64,000 bases of DNA from Styela clava (Eukaryota), in NCBI RefSeq assembly GCF_964204865.1, contig NC_135253.1, positions 6,262,001 through 6,326,000 on the forward strand, in the 5' to 3' direction. Positions within the stretch are counted from its first letter, which is position 1. Every line of letters starts with the position of its first letter. The translations under genes were made by a program, and so were the position numbers. A model generated the notes under the pieces. It was not told the origin of the DNA. It saw only the letters and a list, made by a program, of their open reading frames with translations, and ran no database searches. Positions 23,401-56,050 of the stretch are shown here, piece after piece.

Positions 23401-25078
23401 TACCAGGAAACTTACAACTGATAACTGGTGGAGCAGAAACCCAAGCCTCACTTGCTCTGCATCATGTTGAGGTAAGTTACATATTACTGTGATTCAAATC
23501 TTCAATTATCTACTTAGATGAATTAATTTATGTGTCGAATAATATACCAGGGAAATGAGGAATGTACAATTAAAGGTTGGAACTACTGGTCTAAAGTGCT
23601 GTTGATGTTAAACACGTTTATCTTTATCTAGGATCTGATTAAGGACTATGAAGAAGTGTTTCTGGTTTTAGTTATGTATATATCAACCCTCTTCTCTGTC
23701 TTCATTTCACTCTTGTGATTGCAGTATCTAAAAATGTTTTCTTTTATTACGTAGAATGTTATGAATGCAATGTCCAGAACTTCTTTAAAAAGTTTCATGC
23801 AGTATATATGTTACCTCACAAATGTTGAAGATATATCTCATGGCATAAAAGCATGGACTTGTGGAACTGATAACAGTGATAAGATCTGTGAAGTTATCTA
23901 TCTTGTCGTGGATGAATTGCCTAAAGAAGCATCTGCTGAATGGCAAGGAATCACATTATCTTCAACAGAAGAACGTGATATTGGGTGTCATTCTGGGCAT
24001 TCAAAACATGACAACATTGTTGTAACTTGGAATTATTGGAAGGCAGCAATGGAAAATAAAGAAGTTTACTCATTTACATCTTCTATAAGTAAGTTTGTCA
24101 GATATTTGTAAAAGAGGGGATGAATGTGAATGTCAAAGTGTGGCGCATCGTGCTAAGTGTTAGGAATACGCTCGCCACCACACATCGGATTCGCAGGTTC
24201 CATGCAGGGATAGTTATGTGCAAGAGGATTGCTGGACTCCTTGCCACCATCGAGTCCATGCTTCTGGAAACAAGTAACTGTCTAACTAATCCCATACCCG
24301 ACTTAGGTAACCGGACAAGAGGCCATAGTTTGCTATATGATTAAGTCGTCTTATGTCTTTCCTCTCCCCGGGATAAATATGTAAATCCTATACTAAAAGT
24401 TTGTACATACTAATATTATTGTAATAAAAAACTGCAACTGATAAGCAGTCATATGAAGATCAGCACTATTACCCAGCACTGTTTTACGTGTTCATTCCAA
24501 TAACTGAATGATCATTACTGCGTAATTATCCATTGTCAGGTCTTGCTTCAGGACATGTTACTTCACTGGAATTGAAACACTGTGTCAACTACATTCAAGA
24601 TAGTGTTAGATCATGGTTGAGTGATTGTCATTTGAATACACAGCATATCGTACAGGCCTCTCTTTTTTACACTGGAGAAAACCTTTTACCTGAAAGCGTC
24701 CTCGGTATAGTAATAGTTAATAATTATATTTTTGTGACACTTGGCATAAACACTTATGCAATTTGTTGGTTTGTTGGTATCATCTTTGAAAAATTGTTGC
24801 AAAACGAGAATGATTTTGGTTCATCTTCTTAAAGATTTGTGTATTAAAGTGTTCGATAATGCAAGGTGAATTTTAAAATCTGCAACGATCGTTATGACAG
24901 CCTGCATTTAACCAATAACTTCACTTTCCTTATTTCTTTATTAGAGTATTGGAATAAAGCTGAAGAAAGTTCACAAATGCCTCTCATCACACCAGTACAA
25001 GTGAAGAAAATATATATTAATAATAGATTCAATTGCATGACAATTTCTTGTTTAGCCTACAAAAAAATAAAACAGTGA
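17422..25078 (+). CDS. DPH6: Diphthine--ammonia ligase (diphthamide synthase), long form with C-terminal RidA/YjgF-like domains
   Basis: Motifs MRVIALIS|[54 protein letters not shown] and SHWAPANIG|PFSQ. 14 exons: 17422-17444, 17755-17852, 18165-18252, 18429-18525, 18994-19134, 19523-19639, 19921-20012, 20161-20380, 21903-22065, 22591-22863, 23338-23471, 23755-24088, 24540-24704, 24945-25078. Confidence 0.95.
18790..18892 (-). mobile_element. tRNA-Leu(CAA)-derived short element (family C)
   Basis: Reverse complement reads ATGGCCTAGTGGTTAAAGCGCCAGACTCAA...GTTCAAATCCC (A box, Leu-CAA-like anticodon arm start, B box). Related copies at ~44325-44430 and ~44878-45002. Confidence 0.6.
20431..21330 (-). 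mobile_element. tRNA-derived SINE (family B) interrupted by a hAT MITE
   Basis: 20431-20484 and 21101-21330 are the two halves of the same element found uninterrupted at 21491-21752 and 24138-24392. Confidence 0.75.
20485..21100. mobile_element. hAT-type MITE nested in a SINE
   Basis: TIR CAGGGTGGTCCAA...TTGGACCACCCTG with GGCCCGC subterminal motifs; degraded 8-bp TSD (ACTTAACC / GCGAAACC). Confidence 0.8.
21491..21752 (-). mobile_element. tRNA-derived SINE (family B)
   Basis: B box GGTTCGAATC on the minus strand, shared core CCATGTCGGGTATGGGATTAG, ATCCT-type tail. Confidence 0.75.
24138..24392 (+). mobile_element. tRNA-derived SINE (family B)
   Basis: Starts GTGTGGCGCATCGTGCTAAG (A-box-like), contains CTAATCCCATACCCGAC, ends GGATAAATATGTAAATCCTAT. 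A 3' fragment of the same family is at ~17560-17641. Confidence 0.75.
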
Positions 25079-25138
25079 GATTAAATTGCTCTAGTCTGTA
25101 TCACAACCTCAGTTCTCTCAATTAATCAATTAATTAAC

Positions 25139-25360
25139 TACCTTCTTCGCAACCAGGACTGGTGGTCTGATTTAAACGACCTTGTGCCAGGATGCAGTTT
25201 TGAATGTAATGTTCGACCCACAAATCATGATTTTCCTTACGAGTTCGGGGATGGTCTGTGTTGGGCCCCATTGGTTTGACAGTCCCTTTGCACAACTTGA
25301 TGTAAAGTAGGCAAACAAAATTATCTACCTCCACATTGGTACATACATTTCTGGCGCGAC
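25139..25360. mobile_element. Family E repeat between the DPH6 and WDR24 3' ends
   Basis: Shares CCCTTT(G/A)CACAACTTGATGTAAAGTAGGC...CTCCA(C/T)ATTGGTACA with the copies at ~38960 and ~52340. Confidence 0.6.
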
Positions 25361-25580
25361 CAAATCTGTGCCATTGTCATTGCTATCTACCTGGGGAGCA
25401 TGAGTAAACGAACGAGTCAAATTCAGAGGCTATTGAAGTTGTTTCTTTAGTGCCCAAGATGTGATTGACCGTAATTACATATGGTCATGACCAGCAACTA
25501 CATTTTGAGCATAATTGACAGTGATATGAAAAAATGTGTAAAATTGCATAAACATAATTAGGTTTGTATATATACCAATT

Positions 25581-28456
25581 TCATTTGACTGGTAGTCTAT
25601 GTCTAGAACTAGCACAAATGTGCCCACATCCTGTTGGACATCTGCCTTTGCTATGTGGATAATTAAACCAATCTTTCATGCAATCTATATGTCCACCATG
25701 ACAACATCCTTGGCACCATGTATACAAACTTTTCACAACTAACTGGCACAGTGAACATTTTATACCAGCCCCCATGCCTGCTTGTTTATGATCATTATCA
25801 GAATGTTTTGAACAACTCCATGGGTTTGCAGTTGGCATTCGTTTATGGCAAATTCCGCAACAGGTGTTTAGGGTGGATGAAGTGTTCATATTCTTTATGG
25901 AAGGAAGTGTGCTTAAATTAATAATCTCAGTGAAATGGTTCCATAGTTCATAACGACTGACCAATTCCAGATATGAATTTTGCCAATGTTCCAGCAGATG
26001 ATCGTCAATAGGAAGACTTATTGAGGGATAATAATGACCCAGGACAATCATTGTACATGTTATAATTTGAATGTTGTTGCCGTTGCTTATCATAGACTCG
26101 TACATTGAAGAAAGCAGTTCAGTTTTACGACTGATTGACAAAGCAGGGTTTTCATAGGGTCTGGTGTAAACCACAGGAGATACTGATAATTGTTCATGTG
26201 GAGATGAAGATTGTGAATGCAGGGAGACAGCTGAAGGGCCAGAACTCCGACTATTATTCTTCTTCCTCCATTTTTCAGGGTTATGATTCTGCTGTGATGT
26301 TGAAGATGGAATCATAACAGGAACGGCAGTTATTAGTTTCTCTTCTTCTCCACTTATAGCTGGATCAAGCTGGTTTTCAAAACCATCAGTGGCAGTTAGT
26401 ACAAGTCTCTGTTTAAAAGCTTCAGATGGAAGTGTAGCATCACTGATTGTATCGCTAAGAGGATACCAATCCTGATCCATGTATCCTTCTGGTCCTGAAG
26501 AAATACCACCGTGATGACCTTTCCCAAAGTCCTCACTCAAATCATACTCATCAGAGTAATAACACTCTTGTTCAGATGTAGCATGGCCCTTTGCTATATC
26601 TGTCAGGTAATGCTCAGTCTCTGGATCTGAGTGTTGTTCGGATTCTTCTCCGTTGCTTTCCCCAGTAACAATCCCATTTTTCATAGACTCTCTCCCAGTT
26701 TTAAGACTGCTTATTTCTGCTGAGTTTGTATGAAATGTAGTAGAGTTGCTTCGTTCTGTCTTTTTTGTCGAAACTCCTTCAAAAAACCTTTCCAAATATC
26801 TCCATATGTTTGCATCAATGCTCATTTGAAGATCATCACAAACTTTTGCATTGTGTAAACATAGTTTATTAAATGCCATTCCTTGTAGCTTGTATTGCTG
26901 GGCGGCCTTGATAAGACTTGAAGGATGTACGTCCGAGGAAGTAGGAAAGTCATCTTCTTTGATAGGAGTGATACTGTGTATCCCAAGCTCTGATTTAGCA
27001 TTTAGAAATCGAGCAAATTTAATATTCATACTACTAGTAGACAATGTGTTTTGTACCCACGAGTTTGTATCCAGTTTTGGAGCGACCCCAACAACAGTTC
27101 TAAAACCAAACCGTGTCATTCCTTTAGTCTTAGTACTAGGTATGGCATCATATGAATTTGTACTATCAGTGGACGCATGTCCTATATATCCTCTAGCGCT
27201 TACAGAAAGACCAGAAATGTTACAGTGTTCTGATGGGCGATGTGCATCTCTAATGGAATGTTGATATAGAGTCCCATCTTTAGAACATGAAAATAGAATT
27301 TCTGGATCATTTTTTTTCCACGCTATACCAGTTGTAACATCAGTGTGTTCTGTAAAATGAGCAAACGGCATGTATGGTCGTCTCATATCCCATACATTGA
27401 TAGAATGGTCCAGCATCATTGCTACACTTGCAATCTGTTCTCGTCGTTGCGTTCTCCACCGAGCCATGGCAACTAAAGAATTTGTTGGTATCACCATATG
27501 CTCAGACATTTTGTGATCTATCATATCCCAAATTTTGACTTTATTGTCTCTGCCTCCTGTTGCAATTCTCTGTTTATCTTTGGCATCCGGATGCCAATCA
27601 ATTGAATAAACAGATCCTTTATGGGCTATGAACTGCATCAAACAGGAACTTGTGTTTCTGAAATAGAAAATTATAATAATCAAACTTTTGTCATATGAAA
27701 CTAGCTTATATTTCTCGGTCATGACTTGAAAATTTGTTCAACTTGCAATGGTGTTTACATTTCATGATTAAATTCAACACGAAGACTTTTGAACCAAAAG
27801 CATAGAAGATCAAAACTGATTAATTCCAACTTTTAACAAACTTAAGGCGTAATTCACCTGTAATCCCAAACTTGAACAGAACCATTGTCAAACGATGCCG
27901 CAAATTGAAAATATTCATGAGGAGAAAATTGCACACATCGAACACCATCAGTTTTACTGGAGAAACTGGCAATACATTCCTTTTTTCTCATGTCAAACAT
28001 TTTCATTGTACAATCTTGAGAACCACTAAGCAATCTCCCAGGCTCAGAACTATGAAAACATACTTTTGTAACAGTCCTTTTATGATCAGTAAATATTTCG
28101 AGTTGTTTATTTCTGCCTGATGCACTTAAGTCCCATGCAATGATAGCTCCATTTGTAGCAGCAGTTGCGATTAAACTTTCATTTAAATGATTCCATGCCA
28201 CATCAGCACAGCTTAAATTGAGCCCTTGTCTTCTTCCGACTCTCAAGTTTATTTTTTCCTTAAAACAAGTGTCATCTACTGAATATATTTTCAAAATAGT
28301 TCGTCCAGCAACTGCTATCATAGAGCTGTCTTTGTTTGCTGCTAGCATGTTGATAGGTCCACCCACATCAACATACATTGTGCAATGTTGGTTTGCATAT
28401 GTTACTCCATTTGAGATATTAGTGCCAAAATCTGATACTATTTGATTTCTCTTCAT
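25581..28456 (-). CDS. WDR24: GATOR2 complex subunit WDR24
   Basis: N-terminal WD40 repeats (LNLSCADVAWN, HKRTVTKVCFH, WDMRRPYMPFA) and C-terminal RING (WCQGCCHGGHIDCMKDWF...CPTGCGHIC). Two coding exons, 28456-27858 and 27657-25581. A further splice acceptor (CTTACAG) lies at 28501 in the 5' UTR. Confidence 0.95.
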
Positions 28457-28717
28457 TGTCTATACCAGTATGCGGTATTCAATGGATTTAATCAATGGAC
28501 CTGTAAGAGATAAATTTATTCAGTCAATTATTTTTTATCTCAGAGTCTTAATTTTATTCAATTATAACGTATCAATGTAATGTTTTTGTGAATTGACCAA
28601 CTACAGAATTTGGTACCATAATTTCATCAAGAATAAAACCATATTCTGACTACTGTAAGACCTGTCTATCTGAAAAGCTAACCCACAATTCCTGTCAGGT
28701 GTCATTCTGCAGAAATT

Positions 28718-29018
28718 CTGGGTCTCGTGTAGTTTCGTATCGTACCTAACGTACTTCTAGCGGGCGTAGCATAACAATTTTTGGGTCTCGTCTAGTTTCG
28801 TTCCACAATAACTTCTAGTGGGCGTGGGTAACAATTTTTGCATTTATGATTCCTGACTGCGTCATCCAAAAATTCGTCACTATCACGAAATACTGAAATA
28901 GAGCTTGCCAAAGGGCGACGAACACCCGTCACAGTGCCTACAAGAGTGCAAGTACATGCCTCTCGTAGGATCGTTTCGCTGATCTCCTAATTAACAAACG
29001 GAACTAAAGCGAGACACC
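28718..29018. repeat. Two ~60-bp tandem copies plus an inverted copy of their start (MITE-like), upstream of WDR24
   Basis: GGGTCTCGTGTAGTTTCGT at ~28720, GGGTCTCGTCTAGTTTCGT at ~28783, inverted ACGGAACTAAAGCGAGACACC at ~28998-29018. Confidence 0.55.
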
Positions 29019-29079
29019 TATTTTCACCAAGCAACGTTCACGGATCCTCATCTGAACAATTTCGTGGGTTGACACTGGA

Positions 29080-29540
29080 TATATTAATTAATTTACATTC
29101 ACGCAATTAATCTAGTTTGGTACAACCGTAAATATATACTACTACGGTGCAACACACCTAAGGACTTGTTATTTTTAAGCAATAGGTCATGTATTGTGCC
29201 ACACTTTATCAATGAGGTGCTATACGTTTTCACTCTAAGAAAGACTTCAGACAAGCAAAAAGGGACATATTAATTTACGTCCACGCAGAGGGTGTAGTTG
29301 GGTACCACACACATAAGGACTTATTATTATTTTTCACTCTAAGCAAGAAAAGTGCATATTAATTTACGTTCACTTCGGTACCACACACATAAAGACTCAT
29401 TATTTTATGTCCAGCGATAGGTAATGTATTTTGCCACACTTCATCAATAAGGCCTTATACGTTTTCACTCAAAGCAAGGCTTTAGACAAGTAGAACAAAC
29501 ATATTAGTTCATGGTCACGCAGGGGGTGTAGTTGGGTGCC
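29080..29540. repeat. Imperfect tandem duplication, unit about 240 bp
   Basis: ATAGGT(C/A)ATGTATT(G/T)TGCCACACTT...TATACGTTTTCACTC...CACGCAG(A/G)GGGTGTAGTTGGGT occurs twice (~29180-29305 and ~29417-29540). Confidence 0.65.
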
Positions 29541-30006
29541 GGTTTTATTTATGGCACCTCAGAACTCGGCATCATCATAGCAAATTAGGTATGGGGTTAC
29601 GGTGACAGACTGACAGCTTTGTGTGTTGGTCGTAGCCGCAGTAGAGCTAAATGACTCGTTTGTTTTATGAATAAACTTTTTCGTGTAAAAGTATGTAAGC
29701 GTATTCTTGACGCCGATCGAGCAGTGATGTTTTGCAAGTTTGAATCAACGCCATATGCGTGGCATACCCATGAGCATAGCCCTGAAAATGTCGTTTCGTT
29801 TAACTTCAGGCAGAATTTCCAAGATTGTCGACTACAATTAGTAAACTAGAAAATATATGTAATATATATTAATGTACGAAAAAAATTTCATGCAGTTAGA
29901 TACTATGCAATATACAACAATCTTTCAGCTAAATATAACAGTATTTTTTGTCACAAAATTTCTTATTTTTCAAAAATAAGGAAGTCTTGTAAATAGTGTA
30001 TTTAAT

Positions 30007-30673
30007 CAGGAGTGTGCAAACTTTCCCGCCGGCGGGCCTGATATCAATACTTGGGTAAAACCGCGGGCCGCACCTTCATTTAACATAGGCTTTCTAAAGT
30101 AACAGGCACAAAATAATGTCTTTTTTTATTGATCTTATGGCATTATTATGGGTCGTTGCAAAAATGATGAGTTGACGCATAAATTTATCAAACTGTTATT
30201 CAAATTTATTGTCACTCCAAATTTGAACGAATTCAGTGGGAAATTTGCTGCTGGGTTCTTTTCCCGACTACCTTAGCCAAATTTGCTTTAATGGAAATGC
30301 TAACAATTTGATATTCATATTTCGAGGCTTCGAGAGATGTTTCCGGTAAAAATCGCCAAGATTAATTTCCAAATAATTTGCTGTCAAATCTTATTCTAAA
30401 TTAGATTTAGACAAAATCAACTGATAGGCTGAAACCAAAATTTATTTAACTTTTGTATTTTTTAATAATATCAATTAGGAGATATAGGACCCTGTAACGC
30501 CATAGGCATAAACAGTGAATTGGGCTCGGATACGAGCTTTGCAACGCACAGGGAACCAGATTATAAACTGAATTACACAATTTCGATGGCCACACACCAT
30601 CAAAAATTGGCACTTTTCCGCGAACCACACAAATTTCCCTTGTGGGCCGCGGGCGGCACTTTGCACAGCTCTG
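30007..30673. mobile_element. hAT-type MITE
   Basis: TIR CAGGAGTGTGCAAA...TTTGCACAGCTCTG. Internal motifs (AACATAGGCTTTCTA, CAAAATTGGCACTT-like) shared with 58969-59595 and 59845-60211. Confidence 0.75.
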
Positions 30674-32814
30674 GTGTATATGATAAATAAACGAAAGGTA
30701 TTGAATTACCTTACACAGTACCTGATAAAATATATTATTACTAATAATATAATTGTACGGGTGGCAACAGACTCTGATGACCCCAAAAGGTCGTATCGTT
30801 GTCTCCCAGTCATACACCAAAGCATCTGTTTATTTATTATTTATATATTTATGCATGTATTGTGTGTTTCATGGTTTGGCAAATAACAAACTCTCTTTCT
30901 CTCTTTCTCGCCCTATAAAATTGATAATTAGGAATATTTTTGTTCTTCTTCCATTCTTATGTTGACTACCAAATGATTGAAAATTTTTATGTGCTATTAA
31001 CTTTTCCTAATTTGCGTCAGAATTTTATCTCGTGACCCACATAACAATATTTTGCCTTAGTGGCTAATCAGGGTCAGGTAATTAATGAAATTTGGTCTTA
31101 CTTGTCGGACATGATTAAATTATTATCATAGTTGGTGCCCCAACAAAGTGGCCTCAAGATATACTTATGTAATAAAAAAAATCGGGAAATTATAAATATT
31201 TCAGACCGTTGCGTTACTCAAAAACGTATATTTTCATCGTGTAATCGCTTGTCTGAACATGAGCAGTACATAGGAAGCATAATATTATAAACAGATTGTT
31301 TCAAGTTGTAGATCGCGATCCCGATCAGCGTCGCTTTCCGCAAAATGTTTTTGCAGTCAATTGTAGTTCCAATGAAACTTCTCTTGTGCAGCTGTTTTTT
31401 GCGTTGTTGGCATCAAAAGACAATTATGTGGAGTGGGCAGATATAAACCGTCGGAGGTCATAATCAAACTGACAGAATTGGTTGCTACAATATAAATGTC
31501 AGCAGATATTTTCTTTATTATTCGACACTCAACAGCAGGATTATGAGGTTCGAGGACATGTGTAAAATTATTTATTAGACTGGTCCCATACTGAGATCTA
31601 GTACGCTACTGATCATCAAAACAAAACCGAGCCAGTATAAAAATAAATAAATATTCGGTTTTCAATGGGGGCGCCGCGCTGTTAAACATAACTAATATAT
31701 GATTGAATATTTTACATATTGAATTTTTTTATTAAATGTTTTATTGTTTCTCATTTTAAATGCTGTGTATATCGGGCAATAAATTCATTTACCTTTCTAT
31801 GTCGTTTACTTTCTGTTACGTAGTGTTATGTTACGAACACAAAATTAGGTTTTATTGAAAAGAAGCATTGTTTCCGTGTAAGTGCGCCGTGACTTTTTTT
31901 TGCTGATAATTTGGCGCCGCATGAACAAAAAAAAGTTTGGGAACCGATGAGTCATACCCAGAGCAATTCAATATTGTTTTATATCATTTTATAATGCTAA
32001 CATTGTGTGGGAAAATAGATCTCTCTTCGCCATGTTTCGCATTATTTTTCATGTTTTTCCAGAGGCATTGCATGAACATTGTCATACAACTTAATTTTGT
32101 GCTGTTTTTGGTAAGTGGTGAACCGATGTCGAGGAGTTGCCAGGTGGCGGTGTTGAGTTGCCTAAATTCCAAAATTCACAAAATTTGTGATGTTTGGTGC
32201 GAAGCCTGTTTAGAGTTGGTGCATCAAAAACCCGCTTAGCCGGGGGCAGCTGCTTGTTATCTGTCTGTCTGTAATATCTGCTGAATAGACTATGTAGTAT
32301 ACGTTGGTTTTCCAGTACCGGTATACGGCCTCGATGAACCAGGAACTGTACGGTACCGGTACCGGTATGTCATTTATTTTTAGAATGTGAGTAGCCTAGA
32401 ATATAAATTTTTGGCAAGGGTGTTGCATAGAAAATAATTATATATGTAACGTTACATTAAAATGCTATATTTATAACGAAATAGGGAAAATCTTCAATAC
32501 AAACGGATATATGACGAAAAATGGATTATCATCACTGGGTTTGATATGTATTATTGATTGTTTATACTGTTTTAATTTCTTCGATTACCGGTACCGTAAT
32601 TGGAACGCAATACATGCAATTGTTTTCCAAAAGAAAAAAAAAAAATTATATAAAACAAAAACTGAAATTGGCTCTGGAATTAAATTTGGCAAAAAAAGAA
32701 AATAATCCAAATATTATTATAGCAAATGATTCGAAATGCAAATCCTAATTAATCACCTAAATGAAAGAAATCCTAAATTTGCTAAAAACAAGCTCACAAG
32801 TCAAGTCAATACAT

Positions 32815-32975
32815 AGAATAGGATAGGATTTTCAAATTTATCCGGGGAAGAGGAAAGCCCTTAAGACAGCTTGACCATATGGGGTATGGGGGACCACGGC
32901 CTAGTCTGGTTACCATTCCATGTCGGGTATGGGATTAGTTGGGTACCGGTATTTTATTTTCGGAAGCATGAACTT
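32815..32975 (-). mobile_element. 5'-truncated family B SINE
   Basis: GGATAGGATTT...GGAAAGCC...CCATGTCGGGTATGGGATTAG matches the other family B copies. Confidence 0.65.
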
Positions 32976-33662
32976 AATATACAGATAAAGGTCAATCAGG
33001 ATGTTAGTTTCTGTGCAACGGCAATTAACATTATGCTTATTAGGTATCTTGTGAAAGCTATTGCAATTTTACGATTTGTTCATCATTTTCATTAGATCGA
33101 GTAGTGTTTGAGACATACTGACATACGGTAGGTGGCGAATAGGAAGACTCCAATATAACAGCTTCGTATTTTCCTTATTCTCTGTCCAATTTTTGTATTC
33201 TTGTTGCATTTTCCATGCAAAAAATAAGTATGTGGGCTTGTGTAATTGCGTAGATTGAGAATATTACACTATATCTGATGCACCGATGCTTACGTTGGAT
33301 GTGTTAGCCAAGAAATTTATACAGTTCAGCAGTTATATTGTTATAAGGATGTTTTGTTATGCTTAGTACCCTTACCATTTCGGTATTGTTGGACTTTTCT
33401 GAGTTTGAATAACGTCAAGGATAAATACCTATAATTTTACTGCATTCGTAATTTATATCAGTACTGCTGTACTGGAAAATGGCGCAGTCTGTATGGTATG
33501 ATCTGTTAATTAAAGTTTACTTAGATCAAGCAGTTCGCTTCGTGTCATTTGGAGGTGAAATATTAACAGAATACTGTAATAGGTAGGCTACTGGACTTTT
33601 CCATATACATTCTAAAATCCAACTTTACAAAAATCCAACAGGATAGGAATTACAGAATATTG

Positions 33663-33772
33663 GGACCTCCTGAAGTATGTGCACCTAGATGGCGCACAAC
33701 CTGAACTCAGGTTGTGTACCAGGTTAGGGTTCCGGTTGTGTGACTTCTTGGTGTGCATACTTCAGGAGTACC
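33663..33772. mobile_element. Palindromic MITE related to family E
   Basis: GGACCTCCTGAAGTATGTGCACC ... GGTGTGCATACTTCAGGAGTACC, flanked by GAATATTG / GAATATTA. Confidence 0.7.
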
Positions 33773-34204
33773 GAATATTACAATTTCAATTTTGTTAGGA
33801 AGTCAGTTTTTAATCTATCTTAACCAGTTTTGCTTTATTTATTCAGTGCTTATTCGAGTTTTTTTTTACTTCATTTAATACACCTTTATATGCCCACTAC
33901 TGGCCACTATTAGTTACAACTGTACAAGAAGCACATTAAATTTTTTTTACCCAATTTAATTAATGATTACATGAACACTGTATATTATTCTAGTACCATA
34001 TTACTGTTATTTAAAACAGGACAAATTTGCAACATTAACTTATTTTTTTCTTTTGTAAACACTATAGTAAACTAAAAATCTTGTAACATAGAAGTATGCT
34101 TCAGTTTTGTATTCAATCTACGTTGGATTACGGATAAATGGGAAGATACCATTTAAGCAAACGATTAAACATAGTAGTGGAGATAAAACTATGAGGATAT
34201 AGTC

Positions 34205-56050
<21,846 letters not shown>

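Noticed and set aside
27658-27722. Separate 713-aa and 200-aa proteins in the ORF track
   Set aside because: They are two exons of WDR24; the first ~21 residues of the 713-aa ORF are intronic.
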